64,000 nt of DNA from Phoronis australis (taxonomy: Eukaryota; Animalia; Phoronida): assembly GCA_002633005.1 (NCBI GenBank), contig NMRA01000535.1, forward strand, positions 198,985-262,984. The letters are read 5' to 3'. This document shows, one piece after another, positions 46,879 through 61,080 of the stretch. Below the pieces are notes generated by a model. The model did no database searches. It worked only from the letters and a program-made list of their open reading frames with translations, and was not told where the DNA came from. Positions within the stretch are counted from its first letter, which is position 1, and each line of letters begins with the position of its first letter. A program made the translations under genes and the position numbers.

Positions 46879-49800
46879 ATCTATTTGGTGTTCATGAGTT
46901 GATTTGAAATCGCCAGACATTTGCTGAAATCAAGGCAGGTAACTTTACCTACAAGTTGCATGTAAATATTCTTAAGATACTCTATGCATTACTATGGTGT
47001 GAATTCAGCTTGTCACCACAGGATTTTACAGCGACCACAAAGGCTCCAGGCTCCAATCCGCTCTGGGGACCAAGTTCTCAAAATCACTTTTTTTGCAGAT
47101 AATGTCAGTTCAAAGCAGTTGTATTTTTTAGCCAATTTAATGGTTATCAATAATTATTGATGTGATCAGGTTAAAAGTGAGCAATTTTCACTGTAGCATA
47201 CCATAGTTATAATTCTCAACAAGGATTAGTTTAGCCAGTATACTGTAGCATACCGTAGTTATAATTTTCAAAAAAGACTAGTTTAGCCAGTAGTTGTAAC
47301 AGTTATAATCTGGTGGACATTGGAAACTCAAGTCATCAACTAGGGCTACGACAGTTCTTACTCTCAGTGTAACATCATTTCTAAAATCTATTGGTCCTTT
47401 ACTCCAACCTCTTTTTCATTTGCATGACGTTTCAGTCAGTCATTTCTCTGGTCATATCAGGGGTTGCTGTGTTCTTAGTAGAACAAACACTGCCATCTGT
47501 TAGGTAATTCTTCACTTGTTTTGTACAAAAGTAATTCCCAACATTGTCATTTTTTTATTTCTCAAAAGTTGATAAGGGAAATTTCATCAAAAGTTGTTTT
47601 GCATATCTTCATGTACAAAGCTTGCCAGCAGTTGACTAAAAATTTCTTAATCCTCATTCTTGTGGAGAAATTTGAATGAAAATAGACTTTCACTTGGAAG
47701 CCATTTTGTGAGCTAAATTTATAGCAAAGAATTACCATTCATTCATCATGACTCATGATGTGTAGTTTGAAAGTCTGAGTGTGAGCAGTAGTGATTACAT
47801 AGCAGTTATGACTGTGAAAAACTGTTATCTGTTGCCCTGTTTAGCTGGTGAGCATAAGTAATCTAATAATCATCTGTCGTGTTTATCAACTAGTATGAGT
47901 CTGGTTCACATTGGATGTGATTTATGCTGCTATGTCATTTGTAACACCTACATGCATGTACCGTAAGTTGTGTAGGTAGGCCTTAATTCTACGGCAATAT
48001 TCCTTGATGTGCAGGTATTGTTTAGTTTGACTTTTGCAGCTGTGTCAAACTTAAATGATGAGGACAAACCTTAGTTCACCTCTTACATGGTTTGCTATCA
48101 CTAAACAAAAATTGGGTAAAATTGTGTTTTTTATCATTCTGCCAGTGTTTGAAGAGTGATTAGCTACAAAATTACTAACAGTCAAATTTTAATAATCTTG
48201 TCCAGTTTCAACATCTTTTGGTACTTATCTACTTGTTCAGTTTTATGTGATAGAGCTCATTTGATCAGATCTTTAAAGTTATTTTTTTATTGAAGTTCAA
48301 GCTTTGAAAAGGAGGTTGTCAAATTAGATTTGATATCCCAATATAGAAATTGGACATTGGCTTCTATAACATATGGATTTAAATGTGACATTAATAAATT
48401 TATAGCTCTTGTTTATAGCAATGACATTTACTGGGATTTTAGAGACATGGTCAAGTTGGTTACAAAGCACTTCGGCAATAATATACATTGCTTAAAGTTA
48501 TATCCTATTTATTGCGTTAAATCCTTCGAGAAACACTTGTGAGCTTTACTTTATATTTGAATCCTTAGTTGATTTGTTTTCATTTATCCTATATACATGA
48601 GCTTGTGTTGTCATGCAAGCCTGTTACTTGTACAAGGGTGAATATGTTTCCCCTCACAGTTAGCTTGATGAATGAAAAGCAATTAATAGGTGAAAAGTAA
48701 TTAAATTGCTGCCATGTGGTATCAGTGATGTTATACAACACCAGGAGTGCAGTTGAATTTGCTTCTTTTTATAGAATACTGTTGCTGTTTGGAGTGATTG
48801 ACTTGTTGATTTTGTTTGCAAATATATAGGGCTCAGTTGTTAACCAAGAGACCGCTTGTTTATATTTAGTAGGATATTACTTTAAACAGAGTGACTAATT
48901 GGAATTGGTCATCCCTTGACACCTCAGGTCGACTTTAGTAATGATTCCCAAGTCCACAAGTCTGGCTTTGGAAATTGCCCCTACAGGAAGTGTTTTTATT
49001 TCAAATTTTAATTTGACTTCCTATTGAAGATGGCTGAAATATCGGCCATCTTTAATAGGAAGACAATGATTGCGGCCTCTACGAGCATTTGAACCCGACC
49101 ATGACGAAAAAGGGGTTCCACTACTTCCCGCAAACTAGATGTTGTGTGTGAATTTCGAGGAAATCGGACGAAAAATGCGACCTGTAGAGTAAAAACAAAC
49201 GTTTATCTGAAGTTGGAGAAAATATCGAGTTCAAATAGACTAGTGTTCGGAGATTGGTCTTCTGGCGTTGAACTGAAAGATATGAGTAAAATCGAATGTC
49301 GAATGTGGAACTGAAGCCCCGTATGAATGATACTGTACGTGTGTTTGTTACTGTCTACGTGACCCCATCATAAGTCAGAAGTTTCGTCGGCAAATCGTAG
49401 TCGCCGGGTGTATTTACTTCATAATTATGTCATTTGAATCTTTGTAGATAGACGGGAAGCGCTTTAACTGATTATTTGTTTAGACTGATATTTTCTAAAT
49501 TGACCTCTGGTCGGGCTGGAGGTTCCCGCTTTTGTCCTCGGCGAACAATACTTTGTGAGTTTCGCTACCCGCACGTGAATGCAGGGTTCCTGGTCGTTGC
49601 TCGTTGACTTTGCTTCCCTTATATAAAATTTGTTAAACGCACGACGCGTGTTTAAAAAATTCTGTATAACCGAAAACTTGCTCCCGAAGTACAGCCAGTT
49701 CCTGTATATAACCGTGTACTCAGCCTATTAACTGCAGCAAACTGGTCTCAAAATTTCCTTTGCCGAGAGCATTCAATCTCTTCTGGCGGCTGTATCAGGT

Positions 49801-50192
49801 GGAGAATGTAGCCCATTTTGGTGTAGCCAAAACGTACGGAACTTTTAGCTTTTTGACACTCTTCGGACTAAGGAAATGTAGTCTTTTTCGAGCCCGAGGA
49901 TCCCCCCCCCAAAAAAAAGGGGTACACTGTATACTGGGCGTGCCGCTCAGATGGTTAACTTTTTCACGTGCAGTTTCACCACAAAGAGGTACTTTCTCCG
50001 ACACCGAAAATTGCCCTACGAAAGGGTAGCTTTTTCGATTTAATTTTTCAAAAGGCTGGGGAGTTCCAAGTACGTTATTTCGCCCTACTGCTAATTTCAA
50101 CACGTACGTGTTTTTAATATTCATATACATGCATACATACCTACATTCATACATAAATATATACATACATACCTACATAAATGCATACTTTC

Positions 50193-50197
<5 letters not shown>

Positions 50198-50230
<33 letters not shown>
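50198..50230. repeat. (TA)n microsatellite preceded by (CATA)n
   Basis: Direct inspection. Confidence 0.9.
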
Positions 50231-50235
<5 letters not shown>

Positions 50236-52434
50236 GGGGAAATACATCAGCAAATCTTACGCCAACAGGATTTGCACGCAAGTGGACGAGAAGCGTGCAC
50301 TGCTTACCCCCAAAGTACCTGGCATCGAAGTCCTCGGCACATCAAAGGCTTAATGGCGCTGTCACGGATTAAAGTGAGTGAACGTGCTGGATGAGATAAT
50401 TGCGATCTGTACCAAATCGCCTGTTTAGCGTAGGAGTTTCAAAGTAAAAAAAGAACAACAAGTGAGGCAAACGACCAACATGACTGTTTTTAAAATCGAA
50501 AAGTAAATAGTAGCCCAAATCGATTCATAGGTTTTCTTGAACATCGCGGCTAAGCCAACACGAGCANAGAAAGTGACAATTGTCCAAGAATCCCTATTAC
50601 GAAAGGGTTTAGGTTTAGCGAATTGCGAATTACTACAAAAGTGTGGCTTCTGGAACAACTGAAACCCTGCAAAAAGGTGGCTTTTTCAAAGAAATTCCCT
50701 TCAAATGGCTCCCTTTACGTCTATAAATATGATATTTGACTGAAATACTTTGGAGGGCCTACATAACCAGAAGTTGTCCCACTTTTCAAAGCTACACCTG
50801 TACCAATATACACCTGTACCTATTTTCTTTTCCTTTGGTCTGTGAAACTCAGTGATCCTCAGGGTGTGTGTTTTCAGAGAGTGGAATTTGTATGTATGGC
50901 CGGGGGGGCGCTTTATGGGCATTTAGAATTAAAACAAAGGAATGACGGAGGGGTGAAATTAGTGTTAGTTATCAGATGAATAGGATACACAGCATTAACA
51001 GTAAATATTCATTTTAAAATTGCGAAATTAACGAGAGTAGATGTACAAAACGTTAAAACGGTATTTGGAAAAATAAAGGTGACCTACTCGCGTATTTTAG
51101 TAGATACTACTGATAATGTGTCACAGGCCCAATGCAGTCTCGGGTGTCCTAGCTGGTACAACAATTGACCGGATTTTAACATCGTTTTGATTAGTTTACT
51201 CTCGGACATAGTTCGAGGTTAATTCAGCCAGGACGTGGTGTCAGCCTCCCGTCTGGATTTCCTGGTTGCGTCGTAAACGAAGATGGTTGGCCTTGTGATT
51301 TATGATGTGTTGATGCTCGTCTCATTCGTTCACATTATTTGCTCCCGCCAGCCGGGTTAGGCGGTACTCATATTGTTCGAGGTATTCGAGGCGCGATATG
51401 CTCAGTTTAGTGGTTGACTTTTTGGCCCACTTTTCCAACGAAAAGAAATTACTGTCGCCGAAGGGTGCCTTGGTTTCACTCCTTACCGTGAAAGGCTTCA
51501 CTTATAGGCAGTGCGAATCTCTCTAAAAAGTCCCCTTTCCAATTACAAAAATCCAGTGCAGAGGTTTTGCAATATTTCATCTTTATTTCATAGCACTGTA
51601 CAAGATGTGCTGGCTTTCAGTTGGCAAGATGACATTTGTAAAGCAAAATGTGATATCAATGCCTGTCCTTTATTCCCCACACGTTAATATTGTTAGGGTC
51701 AGTTGTCAGTAGAATTTAATCCGATATAGTTATGTAAGGGTAGTCTCATTCCCACCAATGGGCCACCTATTTTCCGAGGAATACACTCGAAATGGATGGC
51801 TATGATAACTTTTTCAACTGCACGCAAACTCCCCCACCACCACACCTCCAGTACCTCCGTCGTGCCGCGAACATTTTCATCAGGGGACTACTCGTAGTTC
51901 AGTCGGTGTTTTCGTGAGCACTACGTACATGTAAACATCAAACAAGTACGCATTTATGGCTTTACTAACCTTGACCCGTTTGGCTGCAGTACTGAATATA
52001 TAGTCGCGTACATTACATGCAATACTGAATATATAGTCGTCAATATTATAGCCTTCTCCATTAACGTTCATGATTGCATGTACATATGATTCATAAGTAA
52101 ATACCAAAATTCAACCGCTCCCGTTATTAACAAGGAAAACTAGTTTTGTAACTTGTCTAACCTGTTTGGGTTGATTGATGTTGCAATAGGCTCTAACACT
52201 CTTGCAGCCAACCGGGCAATACTTGTTTTTTACGAATTAAACAGTGTGTTTATGCATTGGAATTGTTGCGGCAGTTGTCACGTCTGTTTATCAATATAGC
52301 CTATTTCTCGCGCAGGCTAGTTTATCGTTTGTTGCACTTAAAATTCGTCTATTATTGCCCGAATCTGGGTGAGTGGGCAACTATTACTATACGCAACATG
52401 ACACCAGGAAGGCAGCAAGAGCTATCTCTATATA

Positions 52435-55400
52435 TAGTCCAGTCATTCTACGTACGGATAACCCGGAAAAAATTGCAACAGAAGGTTTTATCGCATAAAT
52501 CTTATCCTTTCACACCCCTTTGTGGGAAAAGTGGAATCAGAGTTGGTTTTTCAAGATGGCGGACAAAATGGCCGCCTGATATTCTGATGCTCACTATAAC
52601 TCAAGAGTGGAATGTGATAGAGTAAAAATTCAAAAAGGTTTATTTATGTTTTGTGGGTCAACAAATCCATTGGAAATGTTTTTGCATGGCTGTGGTGACA
52701 CCGTCCGCCATTTTCCAAGATGGCCTCAAAGTGCGTCTTGCTTCAAACATTGTATCATAGGTTTTCTGGGTCGACTAATCCATATAGACTCATTGCGTTT
52801 GGCTCTAATGATTACTTCCACCATTTTCTAAGATGGCCACCAAATAGTTGTTTGGTGTAAGAACTTCAGATTCCAGAGACACGCCATGTCCTGAGTTTTC
52901 TAGGTCAGCACGTCCATTAAAAAAATTTGTCTGGCTCCGATGATTACGACTACCATTTTCAAGATGGTTTAACGAATAACTTATTAGGGTCAAAAACATC
53001 ACGTTTGCCTGTACTGATGGATCATTCTCCTCCTTAAAAAATGTGCTGTACTGAAAATAACTCTGCAGTTAATTCAGTGATTTACTATCCACACTGTCTG
53101 TGTCACTTCCAGTTAGTTGTAAATGCTAGTGAATCTATACAAAATCAACCAGTATTTACACAACCAATCTCTGTCAAATGAGAAAACTGAGAATGAATTG
53201 CTGCAGCGTACCACGACATTCTCCACATGCAACAGAGTACGGCAATCCTAACTTCTTGCAAGTACATCTCTTGGAACTGCAGTTGGTCTTACACAAGCAT
53301 TTCATTGCTTTCACCAGGTTCTCTGGTGCTGCTGACAGGTCCGTCGTCGTGGGAATGAATTTTCCACCTGCAAGCATCCATCCCCAATACAGCGAGTCTA
53401 GGCCACTGCCACGGAACTAACTTGACCACTCTTGCTCTTGATAATATGTCCCGGCAGCATGGAGTTTAGCTACTGAAGAAAGTTGGTGATAATGACTGTA
53501 TTTGCACTGTGGTTAGTCTGACACCTCATCCACAAATCGCCTGTATCGCAAGTCATCCAAATTTCCAGAGCCAGTACCGCCATGAAGCACAGATATAACT
53601 CTTACCAGCTTCAAATATGTCTTGCTTTAGCTGCATGTGACTAGTGAATACTCTTACTAGAGTATTTGCAGAATTCTCGATCACACAGTTTCTTGAGTGG
53701 GAGAGCCTTTGCTAATACTGAACAGCTGTAATGTTGTGTTGCAACCACCTATTGCATGCGCAAATGGCAAAACTGCGCAAGTTTCGGCACCAAGAGACAA
53801 CTGTAGTTCCTTGATGTCCCAGACTCTCCTCTTGCTTTGGTGACTTTTGTCAAATTTCATGAACTTTGGAATTTGTTGTGAAGTAACATGGTAACGCAAA
53901 AGAACCAACAAGTCTGTATTGCCTGCAATAAGGATAGTTGGACCTTGTGCTGCGTTCTTTACTGCTGTTCAGTCTACAATTAAAACATCTGCGTCACCTT
54001 TATCTTTTACCACTGTGCAATCAGCATTTGCTAGCAAACTTGACAAGAAGTGAATGGATCGTTGTTTGTTTGTGCTCTTTGCCAAAAAATGTTCCTTTTT
54101 TACTTGATCACCATGTCACCATTGAAATGAACTTCAGTTCCAACCACCCCACCCAGTCTTGGAACATGAGAGACATCTTTAGTTGATAGTCCATCTTAGT
54201 AACCATCAAAAACAACAGTAGGCTGGGTGCACTTGCTGATGTAATCCACATCACCTCTACCAAATGACTGAAACGTTGCACCTCTAGGCCATGGAATACG
54301 GTGAAGGAGAAAACCGCCGTCGATTACACGCATCATCGTGTTTTCTGGAAATTGAAACCCTCAGGTAGTCCCCCACTGAACCAGAGTGCATCAGCTCATA
54401 TTGATGTATTAGCGACTCTGGGAGGACCAGATGTATCAAAAAGAGTAGAGGAACCAACACAAAGCTCAAACTTCAAAAGGCTTGATGAACTTTCACTGTT
54501 GTCTTTTGCAGCTGTCAGGATTCGCTGAAATAGCAGTCGTGAATGCACTTGTGTAAAATTATTATTAGCAGCATGAATTGATTGACTTGTCATTGCCGCA
54601 ACCTTGTCTTTATTTCTGAATGTGAAGTATTTCACACTTGACCCCTCCATAGACAAGTGAACCACCTTTCCCACTTCTCTGGAATTTTCTGCACTGACGC
54701 ATGTGCCTGCAGTCACACCAGTGGCGATGTTATGTAATGTTTCTCTTTAAAATGGGTTACTGTTGTGGAGGAATTCAACAAGGCTGCGGATGTCTTTGCC
54801 GTCACGCGACTGTCTTGCCTGGGTACATTCTTTATGCTGCTGACTTGTTTCACAACTCAAGTTTGTCGCAGTCTACATGGTACCATAGACTATGATGGTT
54901 CCATTTATACTTGAGCGTGCCGGCGAGGAAAGCAGCCACAGTGCTCTCTTTGTATCTCCCATTTCGCAACCTCTAGTTAAACCTCCTGTTGTTTTAATAC
55001 TTTTCATGAGCGTTTGTTCAATTACAAGATCGTATTTCATTATGACAAGCCTGCCCAGAATCTGTCACTTTTTCTTATGGTGTGTTGGCCGTAGACGTCT
55101 GGACTGGTGTCATTGAGTTGTTAGTCTGCTGCAAGTATATGTATGAAGATTTTGCATAAGAGTTGTGACCAGCAGCTGCAAAGTAAGGCAGCATTTCACA
55201 AACTGCTTTTAAGTGAAGCTCCCAATCTGACGTTATTTCTGCTTTTAAAAAAGTCGAAGGATGACAATCATCTTCATATACTGTAGCCAAACACTAATGA
55301 TTCGACTTTGCAAGGACAAGCCTGATTTATGTGCTTCGATTTTTTATGGATACCCACAAGACATTCCGACGAACATACCTCGTCGCACACAGACGTCATA

Positions 55401-57205
55401 CCAGCAATAAGATCATCATACCGCTTCAGACCAGCTTTCAAATCATCACGAAGAATATCACTGGCCATTGATTCTTCTGACGAACTATTCTCTGTCACTG
55501 CGAATTCTGAAGACCTATACTCTGATTCAGTCGTGTTTGAATATACCAATGGCAGTAGGTAGGAAGCCAGAAGTGAACTCTCGTGAGGGCATTCCACTGA
55601 AATCCAAGGTTCAGAATCGGAAGACACTGACTGGGCATGGCATACCCCAGAGTATGTCATCCAGTTATGTGATCAGTTGGGATGTCTGGGATGTCTGAAG
55701 AATCTGTCTCCATATTCTGACGAACCAAAAGTTGTGTACAACCATTGAACTGTCTTTGTGACATTCCGGACTCCTGGAATTTCTGAAGAACCTGAATTCG
55801 ATCTTTCTTCATTGGTTTTGGATTGGCGTTACTTGATCTGTCAATATTTGGAAGAGGGATGTTGAATGTTCTGGCTTTTATGATAGCATTCAGTGCTGAG
55901 TCTGCCAACATATGCCCCCTCACTGCTGTATCCACACTTTTTCCATTTAACATAAGGATCACACTGTTTAATGCATGCACCGTCTCAAGAACTTCTGGAA
56001 GCCCTGTGCCTGACATTACGTATCCAATACATCCCAGAAAGCTCATCTCAGTATGAAATTTTCCAAGTCTGGCTAAGAACAAGTGACTGCAGATCACTGT
56101 CGTTTTGTTTGCTGGCACTAATTTCCTCTAAAATAAGTTACTTATGTTCATAAAAAGCATGCATATTGAACAAAGTGTGGGTCCTAACTATTAAAATTTA
56201 ATTAACAGCTTTTTGTTTCACAATTCTATTTGCTTTTCATCAAATTCAGGTGAAATCAGCAGCCAAATTCTCAATACATTCCAGCAGCAGACGAACTCGA
56301 TGCTTGGGAACAACTAATTATATCTCCAATAGCAGAGACAAAAGCCACTTCCTGCCCAATTTTATTCAGGGTTTGTGTAATGAATAAGCCAATAACTCCA
56401 CCAGAATAACATATTTTTCTAACAAATATTATTTTTGATACCTCAAATGAATATATTTTACAGAAAAATAATTGAGTTTGTGAAATTTATTACGAAAATT
56501 TAACTAAAGTCTTTTGTGAAAAACACACCAACTTTTATGTTAAATAATCTAAAATGTGATTAAAATTCCACATTTAGTATCTAAATCTTAAAAACAAATT
56601 ATAGAAACAATCAACTCATTAACCTGACTGTAGATTGTAAAATGTTTTTGTGTAAATGCGTATCAGGTTACAAACAAAGTTTGCAGAAGGTAAATGCGGT
56701 AAATTTGGGTTTGTGAATATTGGCAGCCATTTTGGCGGCCATCTTGATTTTTTCTCGCAAACCAGTGACTAATTGTAAGGTCCAGATATTTTCAATTGTC
56801 TAACTTACAAAAGAATAAAAATTTTGCCATTATCAGGGCAAAATATAAAAAGGGCTTGTAACATGTACCAAATTGCCGTTTCGGCCGCCATTTTGTCGGC
56901 CACATTGGTTTTATTTTACGGAAAATTGGCATCTTTTGATTGGAATGCCTGTTATGAAAAGTATATAATCAATGACAAACTTTATTGTTTTATTTTTAGC
57001 TGTTACATAAGAGTAATATGCCAGAAAACACCTGTTTTGTCGGCCATTTTTTTCGCCATCTTGAAAAACCGACTTCCGCCACTCCGATTTCGGTAGATTT
57101 ATTTCTGACACCATGGGATTTTTGAAGGTGCCATTTGTGCAAAACAAGGTTATGTTGCAATTTTTTCTAGGTTGGGCCCTCTGGAGCCCTGGAGTGACTG
57201 GACTA
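52435..57205 (-). mobile_element. Academ (AcademX-type) DNA transposon relic, internally deleted, pseudogenised transposase
   Basis: TIRs TAGTCCAGTCA / TGACTGGACTA with ATA TSD; fragments RLGKFHTEMSFLGCIGYVMSGTGL, DWELHLKAVCEMLPYFAAAGHNSYAKS, XPG-like LPFAHAIGGCNTT, Cys-rich CLCKTNCSSKRCTCKK...CGECRG; many stops and frameshifts. Confidence 0.88.
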
Positions 57206-57233
57206 ATACTTTAACATATAAATGCTAATACGT

Positions 57234-57238
57234 AAAAA
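57234..57238 (-). terminator. RNA polymerase III terminator (T5) of tRNA-Leu
   Basis: TTTTT on minus strand, 4 nt after the tRNA 3' end. Confidence 0.7.
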
Positions 57239-57242
57239 TACT

Positions 57243-57324
57243 TGGCAGCGGTGGGATTCGAACCCACGCCTCCGAAGAGACTGGTGCCTTATACCAGCGC
57301 CTTAGACCGCTCGGCCACGCTACC
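57243..57324 (-). tRNA. tRNA-Leu (anticodon AAG)
   Basis: Reverse complement GGTAGCGTGGCCGAGCGGTCTAAGGCGCTGGTATAAGGCACCAGTCTCTTCGGAGGCGTGGGTTCGAATCCCACCGCTGCCA; 82 nt with long variable arm, A and B boxes. Confidence 0.96.
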
Positions 57325-59657
57325 TGTTACAATCTGATCGGACTGTATCCAGTTTGTGGTCCAGTTGCTGTTCACCTTCAGATACCGGCTTCATTGGGGT
57401 CAAGATTACGTTGCTCACACTGCCCCAGTGCTACCACTACATGTAGGGGTAAAATTAGAGGTAAGTAAGCGCCCAAAGCCCACCGTATCATCTTGAGCAC
57501 TGAACGTAACTTACGGTGCGTAGGCGCTTCAACGCTCAAGTGCCAAAAGGTGGTTGGCTGTGCCATCGTGCGGTGCACCTACGCTCCACTACAGCACTGC
57601 ACTGTCCACATTACAATCTTCCGAAATCTCGTAGCTTTTTCGTGAGAATAGATGAAGAAATTGAAAGAATATGTTGAAGATTGTGCTGCAGAAGCTGCAG
57701 CTTCACAGTTAAGGTACATTTAGATCAGCGTTCATGATCACGAGTAGCGTTTTTGAGCAAATTTACACATGAACGGACGGCGACATCCCGTTGCTCCCAA
57801 CTTGTTTGATTCGATAGCCCAACAACAAGTTGGGAAGTTTACCCCCATAGCCAATATCTTACACGACGGATTAACTCCATACTGGCAATTATGGTTGGAG
57901 CGGGGCCTGTGCTCTTTTGTTCGATAATTGCCGTGCTCTAATCTACATTAGTAGCCTAACTGGGCTGGGCTGATAAAAATGAAAGTTAACTTATAACATA
58001 TTTGAGCTGAAACCAATAGCATTGCTGAGTTCCTCGTCAAATGCTGATCATGTTCCGTTCTTGAATCACCAAAATCGCCCAACTACAACAGAAGTTAAGA
58101 CAATCTATTCTGTCCAAACGGATTACCAACGCACTGGGTTTGCCTTGATTGTATTCATACGCGTTCGGTATAGCGTGCAACCACCATACGTTTCCTTTGA
58201 AGCCTGGGAGAAAATTGGCCTGCTTGTTATCATACGGGATAAAAGACTGAGCTGGGCAGTTAACAAAGGAGCAAGATGTTATCGCACGTTCAGCACCCCT
58301 CACGTCTGGAAAAGTTACTGAACGACAGAACACTATAATGTAAGTGGTAAAGGTGCAGTGGAGAGTCAGTTCGAGTATAAGACGAATATATTGGCATTTG
58401 AAGAACAATGAAATCTGGACAAAATTTAGAAAACAATAACTTCAAACTTATAGTAGATTATGAGTCTACTAGAAGAATAAGGGGGCTTATCATCATCCAC
58501 AGTGAAAGCGCATGATGTTACGCTTCCACTTCAGTAGACAAGTATATGAGCGCATCACACTACAAATAGTTTGCAGAAATAATCTCAGTTACTAGCAGTT
58601 ATCTATATATTCTCAGAGACATTTATGAAGAGAATCTCTCGCTTACACTAGTCACCGCTCAGCTACCCTTAGCTCCAGACAACTTTTATGATGCCTATTC
58701 AGCACGCCCTTCAATTGATGTAGATCTGGGCTAATGAAGTGGAAAGGTAATAGCTAGCACTATTGATTCAACAATGGTGGTTGTCATTGCACCCAAACTG
58801 GTTTTCTCTGACATTTGCAGAGTTACAGCCTGCAATATGGAGAGTAGTTTTAACTTGGTACATATTACGCAATAATAACTAAAAGAGTTAATTTGTGTTT
58901 ATTTTGACAAAGGGTCACTTCCCAAATCAACGATGGTTTTAAATATGTTTCATACCGGTTTTCGTAATTTCATTTTAATACTCTTACCGGGAAAGGGTTG
59001 CTATCTTTTTATTTTTATTTTATATTTAAGAACTAAAACAGTGATACATTTTGATAGCCAGTCACTAGAGTTAATTGTGAACCCATCCCTGTGCTCATCC
59101 AGCTACACTAAACACTCATTTCACAACAAACAAAAATACTCGTTTCATTAGTTCAAATTTAATCTTAATGAGAACTCAAATCATAAAATATATACAAAAT
59201 TGCAAATAAATTATGGTGATAGCTAAACTGGAGATTTGATTGTTTGGACAATTTCCGTTGCAGTGACCGCATAAATATTCTAGCTTTTTGTCAGTCATAA
59301 AAATGAAGAGTGGGCACAAGCTAAGTAAAACTGATTCCTAGTCAAAATCTGCTTTAAGGAGATTGAGAGGGTATTAAAAAATAATCCATGTGATATTGTT
59401 AACTTTGATCAACGTTTCTTAATCCACCGATTATATCAATACGCACAGTCGTTTGTCTTCAATCGTACCAAATGTTAATAGTTTTTAGCTTATTAGTTCA
59501 TGGATTTTTAAAAATCGAAACCCATACTTACTAACTGAATACTGCCGTGGTATTCGTTTTTAACGAAAATTATTGGTGAATGCATTTTGAAAGTTCGCTT
59601 GTAGTCCTATGTACAGGTAGAGATAGTTACTACAGTTTATGGTAGGGTGGTTACACT

Positions 59658-60447
59658 TTAAGGAGTATACCACCCAATTTATTTCGTTTTTTATCGTCTT
59701 AATCCAGTATCCATATCACCTCGTATACGGTCGATCTCACCTGGTCGAGAGGTGTTGCGTTAACCCGCGAGGAAGGTGAGTACACGACGCAGCGACGTCA
59801 GCGGTTCGTGAGCTGAGTCTGTTCTGATATGTTGTGGTGTAGGCCTATCGTTCCCGCTTGTGCGAACCATCTGATGAGGCTGCGAAGAAAATGGGTATAT
59901 CCTCGGTTTTTTTGAGAACTCGAAATGCTTCGGAAGTGGTTCGCACCGGTAAAGGATGAAAAGCAAGCCGTTAATACCAAGTGAGGATGAGGCCGTATAC
60001 TCAGTGTCTATCATGGCCGGCATTGTTATGTTTCAAAATGAGTTATTCTTACCGTAGCCAATTGATAAAACTGAAGTGTCTCGAAAGACTGTCTCAGTAG
60101 ATGCAATTTGTAATGCCTTTGGAGTGTTCGTGAGTGCAAATGATTTGAGAAATCAGGGGCGCCAGGATTTTGAGTTAGGGATGCCAGGGCAAGAAAAAAC
60201 AAGAATTTCGCTGCATGTGCGCGCCCAGCCTAAACTGTAGGGATGCAGTGGTCTCGAATTTTTGGATTTGTGGACCTTATTACTAAAACAAAAACGGGAT
60301 ACGGGGTTTGTTCAAGGCCTATGCATTGTGCATTTGCCCCCCGAGCATGCTAATATATTCAGTGTTTGCTGACAGAAAGCTGTTGTGAAACAATTACTCG
60401 ATTTTATAAGCTATGGTCAGACGTTAATGAGCCAAGGGATGTCGGTG

Positions 60448-60483
<36 letters not shown>

Positions 60484-61080
60484 TGTGTGTGTCACTGTGT
60501 GTCGGGTGTGTGTGTACTAAGATCGAACCATTGCTATTGTACACCTTTGTACAGTGCGGTTCAATGGTGGGTGAAGTGAAGTTTGCGGCGTTTTTACCAA
60601 AATATTCACGTGCACATTATTTCCTTTGGCAACTCCGGCAGCCGACTAACCCCGGCCGGCTGGTTGATGTTCCGAATGGAGTCTTCACTCCCAGCCGCCG
60701 GCGACGGGCTTCATCGGGTTAATACGACTATTCTGTGTGTTTAGAACTGACAAAAACGCAAGTCTATGACACGGATATGCTCTCCTGTCTGATTTATCAC
60801 CGAACAGATCCAAACTTCCCGCGACTGGACCTCGGTAAGTTGACTTAACGAATTTTGTAGGCTGATTGAGGGTACGTTCAAAATTTCTATAAATCCGTAA
60901 ACAGCGAAATTTGTTTAAAAAACCAATATATTTGTAAAGAATTTGCATCGAAATTTTTATGATTGGTGTAAAGCGATGAAGTGACACCAGTATGCTTGAA
61001 CTGCTAAACAGACTGTGTGACGTCATTGGCTAATTTCAGCACCTCCGTCTGGTGTCAGGTAAAAGAACTGAACTGACTCC
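59658..61080 (-). mobile_element. Kolobok-like non-autonomous element (boundaries uncertain)
   Basis: TTAAGGAGTATACCACCC terminus-like sequence; 60730-61075 is an inverted homolog of 22100-22520. Confidence 0.4.
60445..60492. repeat. (GCGT)n/(GT)n microsatellite
   Basis: Direct inspection. Confidence 0.9.

Noticed and set aside
49880-50930. Possible CCCGGGGG-ended (CMC/EnSpm-like) MITE
   Set aside because: Termini degenerate, no TSD identified, interrupted by microsatellite and an N
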